Below, piece by piece: positions 62,749-64,000 of a stretch of DNA of 64,000 nucleotides. This DNA is from Thermoleophilia bacterium (GTDB lineage Bacteria > Actinomycetota > Thermoleophilia > BMS3ABIN01). Every line of letters starts with the position of its first letter. Within the stretch, counting starts at the first letter, position 1. The notes under the pieces are model-generated. The model was given only the letters and a program-made list of their open reading frames with translations. It was not told the DNA's origin and did not search any database. Where the stretch lies: contig JACUUL010000003.1 of assembly GCA_014859345.1 (NCBI GenBank), positions 4,460-68,459 of the forward strand. Reading direction: 5' to 3'. Position numbers and translations under genes: made by a program.

Positions 62749-63129
62749 TCAGGCCCGGGTCCGCTTGACCATGACCGCAACCTCGCCTAACGTGTGCGCT
62801 ATGGGAGGTTCCGGCTTGGCCACCCGCACCTTTACCCGGTCGATGGCTGGAAAGCTTTCCAGGATAGCATCCGCTACCATGGCCGCAAGCTTCTCCAGCA
62901 ACCTGCAGGATTCACCCGTCGCCGTCTCCACAGCCACGTCGCAAACCGCCGCGTAGTCGACGGTATCCTCAAGTTTGTCGCTCTCGGAAGCGGCGCTTCG
63001 CTTAAGAGAGATACCGATGTCGAACAGGAACCTCTGTCCCTGCTCCCTCTCTTCGGGCAGGACCCCGTGATGCGCGAACACCTCGAGCCCCTTGATGGTA
63101 ATCCGCAGCGAGCTGTTTCTGCCATTCAT
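62749..63129 (-). CDS. folB: dihydroneopterin aldolase
   Basis: GLEVFAHHGVLPEEREQGQRF, VDYAAV and the C-terminal KP motif. Overlaps folP by 4 nt. Confidence 0.85.
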   Translation of the reverse strand: MNGRNSSLRITIKGLEVFAHHGVLPEEREQGQRFLFDIGISLKRSAASESDKLEDTVDYAAVCDVAVETATGESCRLLEKLAAMVADAILESFPAIDRVKVRVAKPEPPIAHTLGEVAVMVKRTRA

Positions 63130-63950
63130 CTCGCGCCCCTTATCGCCTCCGCTATTTTTAGCGCCTGCACATTCTCGGCGACGTCATGCACCCGGAAGAC
63201 GCGGGCCCCCCTCTGGAAAGACGCCACCGTGGTGGCGATGGTGCCCGCCAGGCGCTTTCCGGTTTCCTCCTCGCCGGTCACCTTGCCGATGAAACTCTTG
63301 CGCGAGGCTCCGATCATGAGGGGCAGGCCCAGCGCCAGGAACTCGTCCAGGCGCCTGAGGATCTCCAGGTTGTGCTGGACTGTTTTGCCGAAGCCCATGC
63401 CTGGATCGATGATGATGTTCTCCCGCCTGATGCCCCGCGAGACCGCGAACCGGACGCGCTCCTCGAAGAAGGAGATGATGTCGCCGACCACATCTTCATA
63501 CCGGGGATTATCCTGCATGGTGCCGGGCTCCCCCAGCATGTGCATCAGGCACACGGGACAGCCGGCCGCGGCGGCGACCGCGGCCATCTCCGGATCGTCT
63601 CTGAGCGCGGTCACGTCGTTGATCATGGCCGCGCCGGCCCGAAGCGCCTCCCGGGCCACCGCAGCCTTGCGGGTGTCGATGGATACCGGTACGCGCAGCC
63701 GCGGGGCAATTTTCTGGATTACCGGGATCGCGCGTCTCAGCTCCTCCCCGGCGTCGACGGGCATGGAACCCGGGCGTGTCGACTCGCCGCCCACGTCGAT
63801 GATGCCGGCGCCGGCGGCGGCCATCTCTCCCGCCCGAGCGACCGCGGCCTCAAGCGAGGCGAACCGGCCGCCATCATGAAACGAATCCGGAGTGACGTTG
63901 AGAATGCCCATGACCAGCCACGGATCCGGGCCCAGCGCCACGGGAATCAT
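63126..63950 (-). CDS. folP: dihydropteroate synthase
   Basis: MGILNVTPDSF, IIDVGGESTRPG, DPGMGFGKT and RVHDV motifs. Confidence 0.9.
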   Translation of the reverse strand: MIPVALGPDPWLVMGILNVTPDSFHDGGRFASLEAAVARAGEMAAAGAGIIDVGGESTRPGSMPVDAGEELRRAIPVIQKIAPRLRVPVSIDTRKAAVAREALRAGAAMINDVTALRDDPEMAAVAAAAGCPVCLMHMLGEPGTMQDNPRYEDVVGDIISFFEERVRFAVSRGIRRENIIIDPGMGFGKTVQHNLEILRRLDEFLALGLPLMIGASRKSFIGKVTGEEETGKRLAGTIATTVASFQRGARVFRVHDVAENVQALKIAEAIRGAR

Positions 63951-64000
63951 GGTTTTTTCAGGATACGTACTAACGGCCCGTCTCGCGCAGGTTGATCAGC

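Overview
GC-rich bacterial chromosome segment; I saw no rRNA, CRISPR array, transposase or integrase. (1) 1-2762: a visibly AT-rich islet ends at the 3' end of a tRNA-Gly(CCC) gene. It carries the C-terminal part of an Eco57I/PglX-type DNA methyltransferase and a translationally coupled three-gene module (TIGR04255-family protein, HicB-like, HicA-like). (2) 3.0-26.6 kb: a cell-envelope glycan locus with a UDP-xylose synthase, a DUF2304/flippase-like/GT2 trio, several GT2s and methyltransferases. It is interrupted by a lower-GC cassette of about 12 kb encoding an ABC-transporter-dependent (Wzm/Wzt) pathway with unusual multidomain enzymes. A giant amidase-repeat-SpoIID wall hydrolase and a GT4 follow. 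(3) 26.7-31.2 kb: PolX, DusB and an ABC-2 exporter. (4) 31.3-43.9 kb, the most interesting part: rpoN is translationally coupled to a PAS histidine kinase and an NtrC-type sigma-54 activator, followed by a MacB-type ABC transporter and a lipoprotein. A consensus -24/-12 sigma-54 promoter then drives a four-gene operon of secreted Ig-repeat proteins (one frameshifted) plus a Cys-rich DUF4418-like membrane protein, closed by a strong intrinsic terminator. I consider this a candidate undescribed sigma-54-controlled envelope or surface system. (5) 44-64 kb, housekeeping: rho, fsa, a bacterial 2-phosphoglycerate kinase/cyclic-2,3-diphosphoglycerate synthetase pair, coaX, a biotin operon with a BioD-BioA fusion, birA, nadCBA and folKBP. 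All family assignments are by-eye motif recognition from the ORF translations, without database searches. Many long ORFs antisense to real genes are GC-driven shadows and were rejected.
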